Part shown: piece by piece, positions 27,616-40,808 of the stretch
Layout: each line of letters starts with the position of its first letter
How positions within the stretch are numbered: the stretch's first letter is position 1
Assembly: GCA_028534125.1 (NCBI GenBank)
Contig: CM052823.1
Span: 18,724,001-18,788,000, forward strand
Source of the DNA: Lama glama
Lineage: Eukaryota
Direction of reading: 5' to 3'
DNA length: 64,000 bases
Notes under the pieces: model-generated
What the model was told of the DNA's origin: nothing
The model's input: only the letters and a program-made list of their open reading frames with translations
Database searches by the model: none
Position numbers and translations under genes: made by a program

Positions 27616-27829
27616 TCTCAGTGAAGTTCAAACAGCATTTCCTAACTTCTTTCTACCCTGGACTGGCCATTGTGACCCACAGACTGGGGAATTAGAGGTG
27701 AGGATAACTGAATAGAAGGGCCACAGGGGATGCAGATTTATTTCGGTGTCTAACACGCCAATAAGCACCAATTATTTTATCACAAGAAGATCTTAATTGG
27801 CCCCTGCCCCGCTGGTATTCTCTACTCTA

Positions 27830-28310
27830 ATCAGTCCTTCCTGCTGCAGAGTGAGCATTTCAACATGGAAGTCTGATTATGTCACTAGTTCTTCAATCAC
27901 TCCTCAAAGCTTGTAGGACAAGTCCAAACACCTTATATTGTTTACAAGGCCCTTTTGTTCTAACTTCTGTTTATCTCACCAGCAGCTGCCATTCCAGGTT
28001 CTTTCTCACCTGTCATCTGCCCTACCTTGCTTCCCTTTACCCGGACATTTTCTCTTTGGTTCTAAGTCCTAATGCCACCGCCTCCCCCAGTCCCTTAAAA
28101 CTGTGTGACATACCTCCCGGTCTGTGCTCTTGCATCACAACACTTAGACGAGGGAAGATGCAATTGTAACATATTATGTTGTTCCACTGATCGCACTGTA
28201 CTTCCTGTTTGGGCGGGGATCATGACTACCTCATTCGCTATTCTATTTACAGAGCCTAGAGGTGCTTAGCCTACATGGCTGAGTATCTGACACATGAATG
28301 AATGGATAGA
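27830..28310 (+). mobile_element. L2 3' fragment
   Basis: gtctgattatgtcact..aagtccaaacacctt..atgaatgaatgg tail. Confidence 0.65.
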
Positions 28311-28437
28311 TCTATGTGTCAGTATGGAGCCAGTGTTTTGAACATTCTAGACTGACTTGTCCTGTTAGCTTCTCATGCTGATGCCTCTCTTTTTAAAGGC
28401 CAGAAGAGGAGATGTGAGTGTAAGGTCCCATATTCTC

Positions 28438-28779
28438 CTTTTGTGAATTTCGGTAAGGAGAGGACTTCTTTCCTTCCCAGGAGGCGAGGGAATGGTTTGG
28501 AAGGACTGTCCAGGCTCACTTCCATATCTTTCTCACTGATCTCCAAGGATGAGGAGTCGTGAATATGACTGGTGAAAACCCCACTTCCACTGGACCACAT
28601 TTCTCTAGGAAGGGCCCTAATCATGAATAGAAGTACCTTTCTGTCTTGATCTCTTGAGTTAGAATATGCTCCGACCCAGAAGGTGCCCTTGTCCTTTAGT
28701 TCTCTCCTGTTCTTCTGATACCCAGGCATTAAACTTGGGTAGAAGCGGGGAGTGCTTATTTCTTTTTTCTTGCATGTGA
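28438..28779 (-). pseudogene. RGS-like pseudogene: candidate linker exon
   Basis: Acceptor ttatcttcccag; charged protein-like frames with stops and a frameshift (HMQEKRNKHSPLLPKFNAWVSEEQER...LEISEKDMEVSLDSP); no motif match. Confidence 0.4.
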
Positions 28780-28821
28780 CTGGGAAGATAAGTCAAATGG
28801 GGCCAACTATCTTCAGTACAG

Positions 28822-29292
28822 TGTGTATGAATTAAATAGTGCCCTCACCCTGCCCCAGTATACGTCCAAGTCCTAACCTCCAGAACATGTGAATGTAATC
28901 TTTTGGAAAAGGCTCTTTGCAGATATTAATTATTAAGCTAAAGATCTTGAGATGGAATTATCCTAGATTTAGGGTGGGACTTAAATCCAAGGACAGGGTC
29001 CTTATGAGACACAGGCAGAGGGAGATCTGTGATGAGACACAGGAACGCAGGAGAAAAGGCATGTAAAGATGAAGACAGAGATTGGAGTTATGCTTCCACA
29101 AACCATGAAGCCACCAGAAGCTGCAAGAGGCAAGGGCAGATTCTCACCTAGAAACTTCTAAGGAAGTGTGGCCCTCTAAGCACTTTGACTTTGGACATCT
29201 GGACCCCAGAACTGTAAGAGAATAAATTTATGTTGATTTAAGCCCTCAAGTTTGTAGTAATTTTTTTATAGCAGTCCTAAGAAACTAACACA
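28822..29292 (+). mobile_element. MLT1B-like MaLR solo LTR
   Basis: gtcctaacctccagaacatgtgaatg..ccagaactgtaagagaataaattt..gaaactaacaca. Confidence 0.85.
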
Positions 29293-29469
29293 CAGGCAAA
29301 GGTTAAAAACCAAAACAAAACTCTATCCTTTTCAACCTAACAATTACGAAAGAGCTCTTTCCTGGCACATTATGAAGCTGATACTCAGATCCTTATTTGG
29401 CAATTTATCTTTATGTACATCTCCTGCTAGCCAGAACCCTGAAGCCAGAGAGGTGAGTGGTTGCACCCC

Positions 29470-29742
29470 AGGCTCAATGCCCACTCTGAATTTCTAGAAG
29501 GAAATGCTGGGCAAGGACCTCCACAGAGCTCAACCATAGTTGGCACATTTAAACAGCATGGAAAGGTTAGCTCCGGAAGAGATGGCGAGCCTGCATATCT
29601 ACATTCTGTCTGTCCTTTGAGATCTGCCAGTAACTCAGGTCCTGTTTCTTCCGTGAGCATATCTCAGATTACTTTAGCCCCAGTAGTGCTGACTCCTTTG
29701 AAAAATTCCATGGCACTAATCAGCTGCATGTCTCATCTGGTA
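29470..29742 (-). pseudogene. RGS-like pseudogene exon (repeat 2a core)
   Basis: GAKVI*DMLTEETGPELLADLKGQT ~ RGSL1 GDRICELYLNEQIGPCLPLKSQT; boundaries approximate. Confidence 0.65.
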
Positions 29743-30029
29743 CTTAAAAGCTATCATATATGACTCTTTTAATAGTTATAGCCTTGCTCCCAAACTATAT
29801 TGTAAGTCCACAGAGGGAAAAAAAATCATAACTATTCTGTATCTTAAGCACCTAGCTCAATGCAAAAATAACATTAAGCGTGTATGTGAATTGCGCTAGG
29901 AAATGTGCATTTTATCTGTGCTGACAATGCATAGTCAAATGCCTAATACTAAAGAGGCCCTCGGTAAATGATAAAAGTAAAGCAATTTTGATTCTTAACC
30001 TTTGAAATGTACTGTAATAACATTATTTT

Positions 30030-30263
30030 TTTCTATCCAGTGAGATCTCTCTTCTTGCTAATAGACTCGGTCAACCTTGGTCACAACAGTCAGCATTTAA
30101 AGTAAGAGCAATTGAAATCTTTCCCTGGGATTGACATAAGGACATTGGGAAAAGGAAAAAATTTCTTTTCCTGTGCTAAGTTTAAGCTGATGGATGTTGC
30201 ATTCATGAAAACATGGGGAAGGCATCTGTGTAGCAGGAAATAATTCAACCAACATACAAAGAG
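30030..30263 (-). pseudogene. RGS-like pseudogene exon (start of repeat 2a)
   Basis: Acceptor ctctgcag; IALTLNADCCDQG*P ~ RGSL1 IHLALCADACAGNP; 3' end uncertain. Confidence 0.55.
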
Positions 30264-31439
30264 CTGCAGAGTCAGGCACGGATGAGATGGATGGAAAGTA
30301 AGAAAGAGCTCACAGTACTGTGATCGCAGGTTCCAGTTCTAGCACCTAAGGTCCTTGTTCCTGGAGCACTTTCCCTGATTCTCTGAAGTACCTTGATTTA
30401 TGTCCTGGTTTTATGTAGCAATGCACTTCCTTAGGCATGGATATAATCTGGTTTTACTTGGGTTTCTGTCACTTGTAACTAAAAGAGCCTTAATATAACT
30501 TGGAAGCCTCAAAAATAGGAATACTTTCATGGGCTCCTAGAGCTATTCTAAAGGATCCATGAGAATGATCTACCTCTGTATGTGACACACAGATATACAC
30601 ACACATACACACACACGCACATGCGTACTGATATAATCCAGTTGCTAAAAGAGATTTAAAGTTTAATATGGGTCCTGTCTCAATTCTGATGCATAACAGC
30701 TTAAGATTGAATAGAACAAACATTGAATTAAAAATGGAAAATTCAGACAAACAACAAAAATCTACACAGTGAGAATTGTTTTCCTGATTTTTTTTTAAAA
30801 AATAGGCTACTCAAAAGTTCAATGACATTGTAAAAAGAAACCAAATTGTTATTTATTGTGTAGCCATTATTTATGTGTGCCATAGCATCATTTTAGGATG
30901 ATGTGACCAAGAATGCTAGAAATAATTTTAAAAAATAGTAAATTGTTGAAATAGTATTGATTCAGTTATCCTCCAAAATTAAGGTTCTACATTAATTGGA
31001 TCTACTGCTTCCTATTTATAGAAACATAGGTAAAACCACAAATTTTATCAGCATTTTGCCGTCTGTTTAAGCACCTTTATGTCTCCCCTGATTGCTATAA
31101 GCAGGAAATGATGGAATGAGGTAGCAAGCACACTGGGGATATTCTGTTCAAAGGGCTCTGTAGTGAACATATATAAGTTTTGTCCGTCCAGAATTCCTCC
31201 TTTTGGGATAGTAGTTCTGTAGTACTATGTAGGGATTTATAGAGAACAACAGGTGATTAATCTTAAACATACTAGGCTATTCAACAAATGGTATTAATTG
31301 ATATAATTACCAGATGTAGAAACATTCACTTACTACATATTATTTATAGTTATGTATAATCTATATATTTACATTTTAAATATAACATTTTTATATATTA
31401 CTGTTATATATAAATATATATATTTCAAATTGTCATCGT

Positions 31440-31920
31440 AAGGGATTGAGTTGCTACGTTTCAACAAAGCATCTGAGTGCCTAACACGTTGCAGCAGGCG
31501 CTGTTCCAGAAAGTGGGGCTACCACGATGAATGTGACAGTCGAGATCCCTGCCGCATACAGTTTCTACTCTAGAGAGGGAGATAAACAATGAATGGAAAT
31601 GAAAACAAAACAAGCTGGCGAATGACTGGGGTTGGAGTGTACCTCTTAAAATAAAATAGTCAGGAAAGATCTCTCTGATGAGATGGCACTTGGGTTAAGA
31701 ACCAACTACTAAGTGTGAGCCAGTCATGTTCAAGGTGTTGGGAGCGGGGGAAGCAAGTGTCTAAAGCAGAGGGAAGATTCAGAGCAATGGTCCTGAGGTA
31801 GGAAGGAACGTGACATGTACAAAGTTTGTGGTATTCTAGGTACAAGAGTATTCACTGGGGATTTTAATCAGGTGAATGACATAATCTGACTTACATTTTT
31901 TAAAAAAGATTATGTAGATG
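31440..31920 (-). mobile_element. L2 fragment
   Basis: tcaacaaagcatctgagtgcct..gtcaggaaagatctctctgatgag. Confidence 0.7.
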
Positions 31921-34569
31921 AATAGCTGAAGCCATTCTGAGTTCAGGGATTTGATTCATCCTTTCAACGTAAGAAGGTTTTCCCGTTTAATTTTTGCCAT
32001 TAAAAATCTGGAATAAATGAACCCTCCTTTGCAGTATTATTTTGAACAATTGACTTTATTGGTATAAAAGTCCTCTGCAAATAAAATGAAATCTAAGACC
32101 CATTTCCACTTCCCTTTATAGACAAACAGTCAGTGTGGTGGATTGTTCCTGAAAACAATCAGTCTAAAATGTCCGCTTCTGTTCCCTCCAAGAGTCTATG
32201 AGCCTCAGCAGGCTGGACACACACTGATGAGGCTGGGATGGAGTCCTGTGAATAGAGCAGCCAGCTGTGATTTGAGTGGTGGGGGAACTGCCAGCTTGCT
32301 CTTGGCCTCTTCAGTCTGAAAAGCCAAATCACTCAGGAGGCCAAGCAATTGTACTGCATGCATGGTTTGCTACTAATTGTACAGCAGAAGAGGCCTGGAG
32401 CACCTGGTGCCCATTTGCAATGCATGCGAGCGAACAGAAGACAATAAACGTTCCTCATAACGTCGGTGATGGCACGTTGGGGAGGAGCACTAGTTCTTTA
32501 ACCTCTGTGGACTCTACTAGCCAGATGTTCTCATTTTAAACTCTCTTCTTATGATTTCATCAGGACTTGTCCCTCACAAATACCTTCTAGACCAGAGGTA
32601 TGCACCTAACTCATCAACCTCAGTGAAGAGCCCTGGGTGCTTCATTTCTCCTCCTCAGTTCCCCCAGATTTTACTCACTTCCCAGAGAGAGGCAAATCTG
32701 TAAATATGAATACTGTTGAGTTAAATTTAAGTGGAAAGTGTTTGATGTTTTGGCTTCTGAAGGGTCCTCAAATAGCACCCCTCTTCCCAGTTAGGTATTG
32801 GAGGGTTAGAAAAGAAACAAAGGAGTGGCAAATGGAGAACAGCATCTCACCTCATAAAATTAATCCATGCTCACAATGGAGCCTGTTATATGAGAGATCA
32901 GATCCCCCGAATATGGCTGTCTTAATATCTCAGTCTTTTATGATGCTGGACATGGACAAGCTCCTGGCCTGGAGAAGCAGCAGAGGGCACATGCTAAGAG
33001 GAGATGGGGCTGGTTCCCAGCCCACTCCTAAGAAGAAGAAGAAGTATAGAGCTAGGTTACCCTGGCCAGGTTTATTCTTTGGATAAGTTCAAACTTCCAA
33101 GGTGAGTGAGTCAAGTAACAGAGGCCCAGTGTTAACATTGATTTGGATCCCTCCGCAGAAAGGAATCATCTGGAGTTAAAAAGCAGGGTTCCTTGATAAT
33201 ATTTGGTATTAGCTCTTTGATTTTCACTTTTAAATAGCTAAACTAATGAACAAGAAGGACATTGTAGATGAAAAGAGTTAAAATATAAAAGAGAAAAAGA
33301 AAGAAGAGATGTTAATGAAAAGAAAAACAGCACAGAGAATGTGGACATGGGGAACAGTTAAATGGAAGGATCGAGAAATTTTGGAAGTTTCTGTAGAGCA
33401 GCATCAGACAGTAAGTAATCCATTTCTCTTGGGCAATGTTTTGAGCATATGGGTATAACTTCCTGTTATTGCATTCTGGTAATTGAGTGGAATCTGAATG
33501 CATTAAGGGAAATAAAATGAGGAAAACTAAGGGTTTTGTTTATTGCTTTAACTTTTGACCTTTGACTTTTGGCATAGGTTTATTTGGGGGAAGATACTTT
33601 TCCATCTTAGCTAATTATAGATGATTATAGTCACCAAAAAGATACAGAGGCTCAGTGGAATTCTAATTGCTAAGTGATTCAATGTAGAAAGACTGGCAAT
33701 GTCCATATTAAGCCTAATGTCTGAATCTATGGGAGATTTATCATCTCTGCATTTCACAATTTTTCCTGGACCCATGGGAAAGATTCTGATGCTCCTCTCT
33801 TATTCTTTCTGCTATTTTCAGATTTTCTTTTTTCCTTTTTAGGTTAACAAAGCTGGAATTACATTGACTGCTTACTTGCTTGTAGCTGATGTTGATGAGG
33901 TTTTTTGAAGCTCAGCATTCATCCTCTTGATTTTCCCATGGAATGCTTTCTCTTAAGTGGAAACAATTTGAGTTGGATTGTAATTCCTGGTGCCTGCCTG
34001 CTGTGGTCTCTTCCCACTAAAAATCCTTCTTCTAGCCATATCTGGCACATGATCTAAGCTTAGCCAATCAGAATATGGAAGAAGTGTTACCTTTGTTTCC
34101 TGCAAGCTTCTATGAGCCCAGATAGACTATACACATATCTACCCTTTAGTTAGTGACACAGGAAGATGGTGGTATTTGGAGACCAGATTCATTTCAGCAC
34201 ATGAACAGGGGCAGTATTTACAGGGGAAGGAGAGCCAACAATGCAGGTGGCAACGAAGGGGCATTTAGACCAGCTTTGTTGTCCACAGATCCTTGTGTGT
34301 CCTTTTCTGGTTTCAAACATCCATATTACCCTTATTTTCTAGTGTTTTGAAGTCTGATCTCCCAGCATCCAGCTCATTTGTTGATGAGTGCATGCTGCCA
34401 TTACCCTAAAAGTCCTTCACATAAACCTACCCTTTCTTGAAACAGGCAGAAAGAGGGTCAAGTTTTGCTTGCAGGTAAGAACTCCCACCGACCTTCTTTG
34501 ATCACCTTCAGGAGGTGATTCAAAAGTAAAAGCTCCCTGATAAAAAATGAATTTTTCATGTATGAGCCT

Positions 34570-34920
34570 GTCAATTCATTTAATATTTATTGAGTACCTG
34601 CTATTTTCTAGGCCCTGGGGCATGGAGATGAAAAGTAAAATATAAGATAGTCTATGTTTTCTTGGAACTTAGAAAAGAGTTGGAAGAAAGTCATTAAAAA
34701 TATGTAATTAAATGTAAAATTACAACTATGATAAATGGTATGAAGAAAAAAACCATGATGCTATAAGAAATTACATTGACATGAATTAATTTAGTTAGGG
34801 AGATCAGAGAAGACTTCTCCTTTGGTGATGAAGCCAGAAAAAGCATTAACTAGATAAAGAAGAGGAAGAGAAAAGGGGGGATTCCTCTTGGGGGAAACAA
34901 CCTTAGAAAGACCCCATGGC
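34570..34920 (-). mobile_element. L2 3' fragment
   Basis: attcatttaatatttattgagtacctgcta..agagaagacttctc. Confidence 0.7.
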
Positions 34921-35194
34921 CTTTCAGGTAAGGCGTTAAAAACACATATTAACATGTAAATTTTAAACCTTGGTGCATAGCCATTATTTCCATTATCAAT
35001 CCAGTGCTAATTATTTATTCAGATGGGCTATCTTTGTCAAGAATGGATCTCTAGCCAGATACATGTGGAAGTGTGTGTTGGAGAACAGGAGCCCATTGTG
35101 GGTGCCATCCACATGGGCAATCAAGGATGGAGCATCACAGTTACTGGATTGAGGTTTTCTTCTGGCACCAGAGCCAGATGAAGCATTAGACACT
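34921..35194 (-). pseudogene. RGS-like pseudogene exon (end of RGS repeat 1)
   Basis: Acceptor cttttctttcctag; TKIAHLNK*LALD**WK*WL then PRFKIY ~ RGSL1 TRREILSHMQKVALFKLQSYWLPNF and RGS22 YWAPRF. Confidence 0.7.
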
Positions 35195-35519
35195 CTAGGA
35201 AAGAAAAGGCACTGAAAAGACTGAGATGGAGTTGGCAGAAGAATAATGGGAGGTGCTGAAAATACCCTTGCATAATTTTGCCCAAAATTGGCCTGAGAAA
35301 AAAAGATCACAAGAAAACTTCAGAGCAAAAAGCATTCACAAAGCTATTTATTTTCAGCAATATTACCCATTACAAATGTCCAATGCAGCTGAATAATTTG
35401 TGCAGCTTTTGAATTGCAAAAGATAATGGCCAAATGATAAATAAGGGGAACATAGCCCATCCCAGAAATCAGACATGGACCAAACTTCAGCTGACAATCG
35501 TAGCAGCAGTTGAAATAAT

Positions 35520-35760
35520 TTATCACGTTTATATGATGCCATTCAGTTCATAAAGCACTGTAATGACATTGTTTTATTTAATTCTCAAATATTCCTCTGA
35601 TGGTGAAATAAGAAACACAACATTTCCCGCCTCTATTCCATAGGAGAGTTAGTTGAGGCTCAATGAGGTTAAATGACTGTCCCTACTCCCAGAATTAGTA
35701 ACTGGCAGTTCAAGACAGGAACTCAGGTCATCTGACTCATAGTCCAGGGGTTATTTCAAA
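35520..35760 (-). mobile_element. MIR
   Basis: gttgaggctcaatgaggttaaatgact..gaactcaggtcatctgactc. Confidence 0.75.
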
Positions 35761-36060
35761 ACTCAGTCCACAGGTCCAATCCAGCTTACCTTTCCCTAGG
35801 GTGCTTCATGCTTGAAAATACAGCAAAAGAGATTTTTATCAGACTAGCTAGTATACATGAACCAGTGTGGTCTAACCCCCTACTAGTAAGGAATTTAAGA
35901 TGTTTAGCCTAAGCATGGAAAAATTGATTCCACTTACTAATGGAAGAGGAGAAAGGAAAGTTACAAACGTTTCACTGAAAAAAAGAAAGCTGGTTTACTA
36001 GCTTCCTTTGCATCACTCTTCATAAGGGCGTGCTAAGTTTTGTAGGTTGGTTTTGATTAC

Positions 36061-36238
36061 AAGATGTGGTTAAGGAAGAGATCAGGATCATGAGCTTTCT
36101 TGATGTCCAAAGTCTCAACAATCACCAGGTTGTGGGATATTTGAAAGATACCAAAGTAAAATGTAAACTTTTACTTCATATGAAGAAGCAGCTTGAAAAT
36201 ACCTTCTTTCTATATCAAATCAGCAATGTACAGCAAAA
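36061..36238 (-). pseudogene. RGS-like pseudogene exon (helix 4, W-x-D-I-E motif)
   Basis: Acceptor tttttttccag; TGC TGA TTT GAT ATA GAA AGA = C*FDIER ~ RGS22 LWMDIER. Confidence 0.65.
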
Positions 36239-36658
36239 CTGGAAAAAAACAGTCTTTAGAATTGTTGTTCCCCATTGGACACATTCTGATGGATATTGAA
36301 GGCAACTGAAAACAAAAACTTAAAACAATGGGAAGGGAGATAAAGAGCATTAATTATAGACTTATTCAATGAAGCACTTTCACCCTTTTTCAAACCACAT
36401 CAAGGAAACTGATGGCTTCATACTGCTTTTATTTTCCATTATGGAAGTAGAGTGAGTTGGACAGAATCACTTTAGTAGGGTGGAAATGAAGACATACTTT
36501 CAGAAGAGATACACAAACTGACTGAGCTTGAATTTGGCTTTAATTTTTTTTCAGCTGCCACTGACAGATACAAACCTCTACATGTACATCAATTATGAGT
36601 ATGATGCAGCATCTTTGTAAATAAATTTTAAGAGGAAATGTTTGAAGGTAAAGCAAAC

Positions 36659-36775
36659 CATGCTTTAATAAGCCACAAGTTTCTGGAATTTTATGGGACC
36701 AAATATGAGGCCCAGACTCTTGAAATTCCTGGCTCAAATTATGGTGTTTCTCCATTTGAAACAATCCCCAGAATT
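36659..36775 (-). pseudogene. RGS-like pseudogene exon (start of RGS repeat 1)
   Basis: CFKWRNTII*ARNFKSLGLIFGPIKFQKLV aligns with RGSL1 MMRWKKADQWLLQKCIGGVRGMWRFYSYL; the stop falls at the conserved Trp. Confidence 0.7.
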
Positions 36776-37069
36776 CTTGAGAGTAATCTAACTTATCAAA
36801 CACTAATATTCTTACTAACAAAAGTTTATCCACTAGTTACAACTAAGCTGTAACTATATCATTTTCTGTATAAAAATAGAGAAAATCTATTTTTGAACCC
36901 TTTGAAATTAAGACTAACTATATATAATTCATAACAAATTAGGAAGTCCACAAATATGCATTTCTAGTCATGTAGTTCACAAAGTCCCTTCAAATGAGTA
37001 CACCCATGCCCTATCTCTCATTGTTGACACCTTGTAAAATGAATGAGAGGTTATTTTAGCCATCTTGTA

Positions 37070-37552
37070 ATTTTTTTATTGAAGTATAGTTGATTTACAA
37101 TATTGCGTTAGTTTCAGGTATATAGCAAAGTGATTCAGTTTTTTATATGTATATATGTACGTATATATGTTCTTTACTTAGTTCTTTTTTATTATCAGTT
37201 ATTACAAGATATTGAATGTAGTTCCCTGTACCATACTGTGCTATTACTGTGCTATATAGTAAATCCTTATTATCTATTTTATATATGGTAGTGTGCATCT
37301 GTTAATCCCATACTCTTAATTTGTCCCTCTCTCCCTCACTCTCCCCTTTGACAACCATGAATTTGTTTTCTATGTCTGTGAATCTGTTTCTGTTTTGTAA
37401 ATAAGTTTATTTTTATTAATTTTAGATTACACATATAAGTGATATCATATAATATTTGTCTTTCCTTGTCTTAATTAAGAATAATACTCTTTAGGTCCAC
37501 TCATTTTGCTGCAAATGGTAATATTTCATTCTTTTTATGGCTGAGTAATATT

Positions 37553-37597
<45 letters not shown>

Positions 37598-37650
37598 ATG
37601 TGTACACCACATCTTCTTAAGCCAATTGTCTGTTGATGAGCACTTGGGCT
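37070..37650 (-). mobile_element. 5'-truncated L1 3'UTR containing (TG)20 at 37555-37594
   Basis: ttttattgaagtatagttgatttacaatatt.. artiodactyl-type L1 3' end. Confidence 0.9.
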
Positions 37651-37764
37651 CAGCCTATTCTAGCTGGGTGATTTTGGGAAAGCTACTTCATATCTCTGAA
37701 AGACAGTTCTTCATCTATGAGTTGGACATGATGGTGATTATTTCTTAGGATTCTTTGGTTTTTT

Positions 37765-38340
37765 TAGTAGCCTGCTTTTTAGTCTCCATTTAATTGTTTT
37801 TTTCTCATTTCTTTTCCTGTGGTTGATTTCTAGTTTCATGCCATTGTGGTCAGAAAAGATACTTGAAATAATTTCTATCCTCTAAAATTTGTTGAGGCTT
37901 ATTTTATATCCTAGCACATCGTCTATCCTAGAGAATGTTCCACATGCACTTGAAAAGAATGTGTGTGCGTTTTTTTGGATGTAGTGTTGTATAGATACCC
38001 ATTATGTCTAACTCTTCTGTTGTTGTCATTTAGGATCTCTCTTGCCTTATTGATTTTCTATCTGGAAGATCTGTGCATTGGTGTTGGTGGCATGTCAAAG
38101 TCTCCTACTTTACTGTATTTCTGCCAAGTTCTCCCTTTATGTCTGCTGGTGTTTATTTTATGTATTTCGGTGCTCCTTTATTGGGTGTGTATATGTTAAT
38201 GTGTGTGATATCCTCTTCTTGTACTGATCCTTTTATCATATACAGTATCCTTCTTTGTCTGTGTTTATGGCCTCTGTTTTAAAGTCCATTTTGTCTGATA
38301 TGAATATTGCTATCCCCGCTTTCTTGTCATTTGCATTTTT
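37765..38340 (-). mobile_element. L1 ORF2 (endonuclease region) fragment
   Basis: ccattgtggtcagaaaagatacttgaaat..gagaatgttccacatgcacttgaaaagaatgtg. Confidence 0.85.
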
Positions 38341-38389
38341 AAAATAAGAAATAAACGAAGATCACGAAGCCACATTTTTTTGACAGTTT

Positions 38390-38905
38390 ACTAATTCAGC
38401 AAGCATTTACTAGGCCCCTACCTTCTCTATGCCAGCTGCTACTCAAGGTGCTGAGATACAGCAAAACAGGTAAAACACCTTACAATAAACACATGTAAGT
38501 AAAATTTCTAGTATGTTAAATAGTGATGTGGTCTAAGGGAAGAAAATAAAACTGTTAAAGCATTTTGAAATTTTTAATAAGTTCTCCAGGGGAGACTCCA
38601 CTGAGAGGAAAAGAACAATTTCTTTTTTTTTTTTTTTAATTTCTGGCAGGAAGAGCATTCTAATCAGAAGGAATAGCAAGTGCAAAGCCTTTGCAGTGGG
38701 AACATGTCTAGCAAATTATAGGAAGAGTGAGGAGTTCCATGTGGCTGGAGGGAGATAAACTACAGGGGCTGGGGAGAGGGGAGAGGCAGGTAGGAGATGA
38801 AGATATGTCGTGCCCAGTGGGGTTGAGGGAGAGGGACAGAGTGTGCAGGGCTTCAGGTCATGTGCAGAATTTGACATTTACTCTCAGTGAGATTAGATCT
38901 TTAGT
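38390..38905 (-). mobile_element. L2 fragment
   Basis: attcagcaagcatttact..gaagagcattctaatcagaaggaatagcaagtgcaaag. Confidence 0.75.
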
Positions 38906-40095
38906 AAAATATTTATAACAAAATGCAAATATGTTTTTGTAGTTTCAAAACCTGATCCTGATACAAAACACTTTAAACTCTAGGGTAGTTTTCTGAATAT
39001 ATTTTTATTAACGACATTTAGATTTATACAAAATTTTTCTATTGAAATTTGTTTTTGCAAATTCAGTTTTTAAATGTTTTAAATGCTCCAGGAAAAGAAT
39101 ATTTCCACACAAAAGACTGCTAAGGTAAAGCTTTATAAAGGAGTTGCTCTTATTGGTTTTATAAGTTTGGATTTTCCACATCAGTTTTTTCTAAGCTAAA
39201 TGTATACATAATTTTTATTCAGGTATTGAGGTATGCTTAAAGAAACTTTAAAGGTAACTTGTGTATACATGTTGATACATTTTCTCATTAGATTAATTTG
39301 CATTTATCAAGATGTTCTAGGCATAGGGTAAGTAATAAAAGTCATGCAATCTCAAAATTCCATGTTCCTTTTATTGCCCTTATTAGGTCAGGAAATAGAA
39401 ATTGGACTCAGTGATTTCAAAAACTCCCAATTCTCCAACTTCTAGAGGTTAGATTAGAAATTCATAGATGTTAAATCTTCAACATAAAAAACCACAGAGT
39501 TGGAAGGGTTAGCTGAGGAACTAAGGACTAATAGTTTAAATGACTTGCTCAAGTCAATTACTAGCTTCATCAGAATGAACACCCAGAGTCCTCCACATGT
39601 AGTTCACTGTATTTCAAATGAGATCTCTGTTTTTCCTGGATTTCCTCACTGTGGACCTCGCCTGGCTGAGTAACTAAGGAGCTTCTCTTGTGTGACCAGT
39701 CTCTTCCCCGAGAAATGGTTCTCTCTTCTGTATCTTGGTGTTCACTGTCATTCTAGTCCTTCTCTTTGGTGTCCACCACAATTTTAATCCATTCTAGACA
39801 ATTTTAGTTTCCATCCTAGCACACTGGGAGGCCTTTCTTACATTTGTCTCAGTTCTGTACATATTACTTTTAATGAAGTCTGACTTCTTTTTTTTCATGT
39901 CCATAAGAAAGGGGGCATCTGCCTCATTTATTCCTCTCTGCAGTTTCATCTCAGTGATTTTACAAGGCCCTGGGTACCCTTGCGTTCTGCTGTCCAGCTG
40001 TCCCTTTTTAGAAAGATAGAAAAGTTGGGCTTCATGAGTTGAGTCTAGTGGGGGTAATAGAAGATCAGGAGGTCAGAGCTATTACCAGCACTTAC

Positions 40096-40218
40096 TCTTT
40101 TCCTTGTCTTCAGGGTTCTGGCTACATACAGCAGACAGAAGGTGAATCTGGTCTGATTCCAGTTGTTGAAAGGCAGCAGATTTACTAGACGTGTGCAATC
40201 ATTTTAATGCTATTAAAA
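40096..40218 (-). pseudogene. RGS-like pseudogene exon (N-terminal W..RLPF motif)
   Basis: Acceptor tctttcctgccag and donor gtaagt; ALK*LHTS (TGG>TGA), then frameshift to LLPF..FTFCLL ~ RGSL1 LLTWLEKCRLPFF..FHYILC. Confidence 0.65.
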
Positions 40219-40808
40219 CTGGCAGGAAAGACTTTGCTATTACAAGCATTTTGAATATTAGATCTTGTCTTTTATAGACTGCTGCTTGCTAACAACATGT
40301 GGGATAAATCCTAGGTGACCAGACAGATTCTTGGAACTAGCAAGTCCCATTAATTTAAAAAAGAGATAAGTATCACCTAAAATGACTGTCTATAAAGCTT
40401 TCCAACTGCATATTCTCTTGGAAAACAGCATCTTTTTGAATTCAGCTCCTCTTCTTGTTTCTCCTACCCCTTTATTGTATTTGAAAAGAATGTAATAGTT
40501 AACATATTTTAAAATGCTTGGAAGTTTTCTTATGTGTTTAGGGTCTGAACTTCAGCTAATAGTGGCCCAGAACCCCTGGTCACCTGACCAAGTAGACAAG
40601 ACAGCCGTTTGCTACATATCCTTAGTTGGAATCAGTGGACAGATGGGGCCAAGTGCTATTATATGACTAACCTTTTGAAGAGGTGGGCCATGAATTCAGG
40701 CCAGCTGTAAAGTGGCTCTGGTGTCCATCTCAACAGTTTCCCAGTACAATAGGCCATATTGAGGCCCTACTTAAATTCATGGAATGTTGCAGTCAAAAAG
40801 GAGCTCAC

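Noticed and set aside
32637-33086. 149-aa plus-strand ORF with a PKKKKK NLS-like run
   Set aside because: The lysine run comes from a short AAG repeat; no homology or exon context.
33312-33493. Candidate RGS-like exon (good acceptor, DAALQKLPKF)
   Set aside because: The matching motif is better explained by the 35 kb exon and no donor was found; left unassigned.
33556-33568. DR1-like tgacctttgactt
   Set aside because: Imperfect single motif expected by chance in 64 kb.
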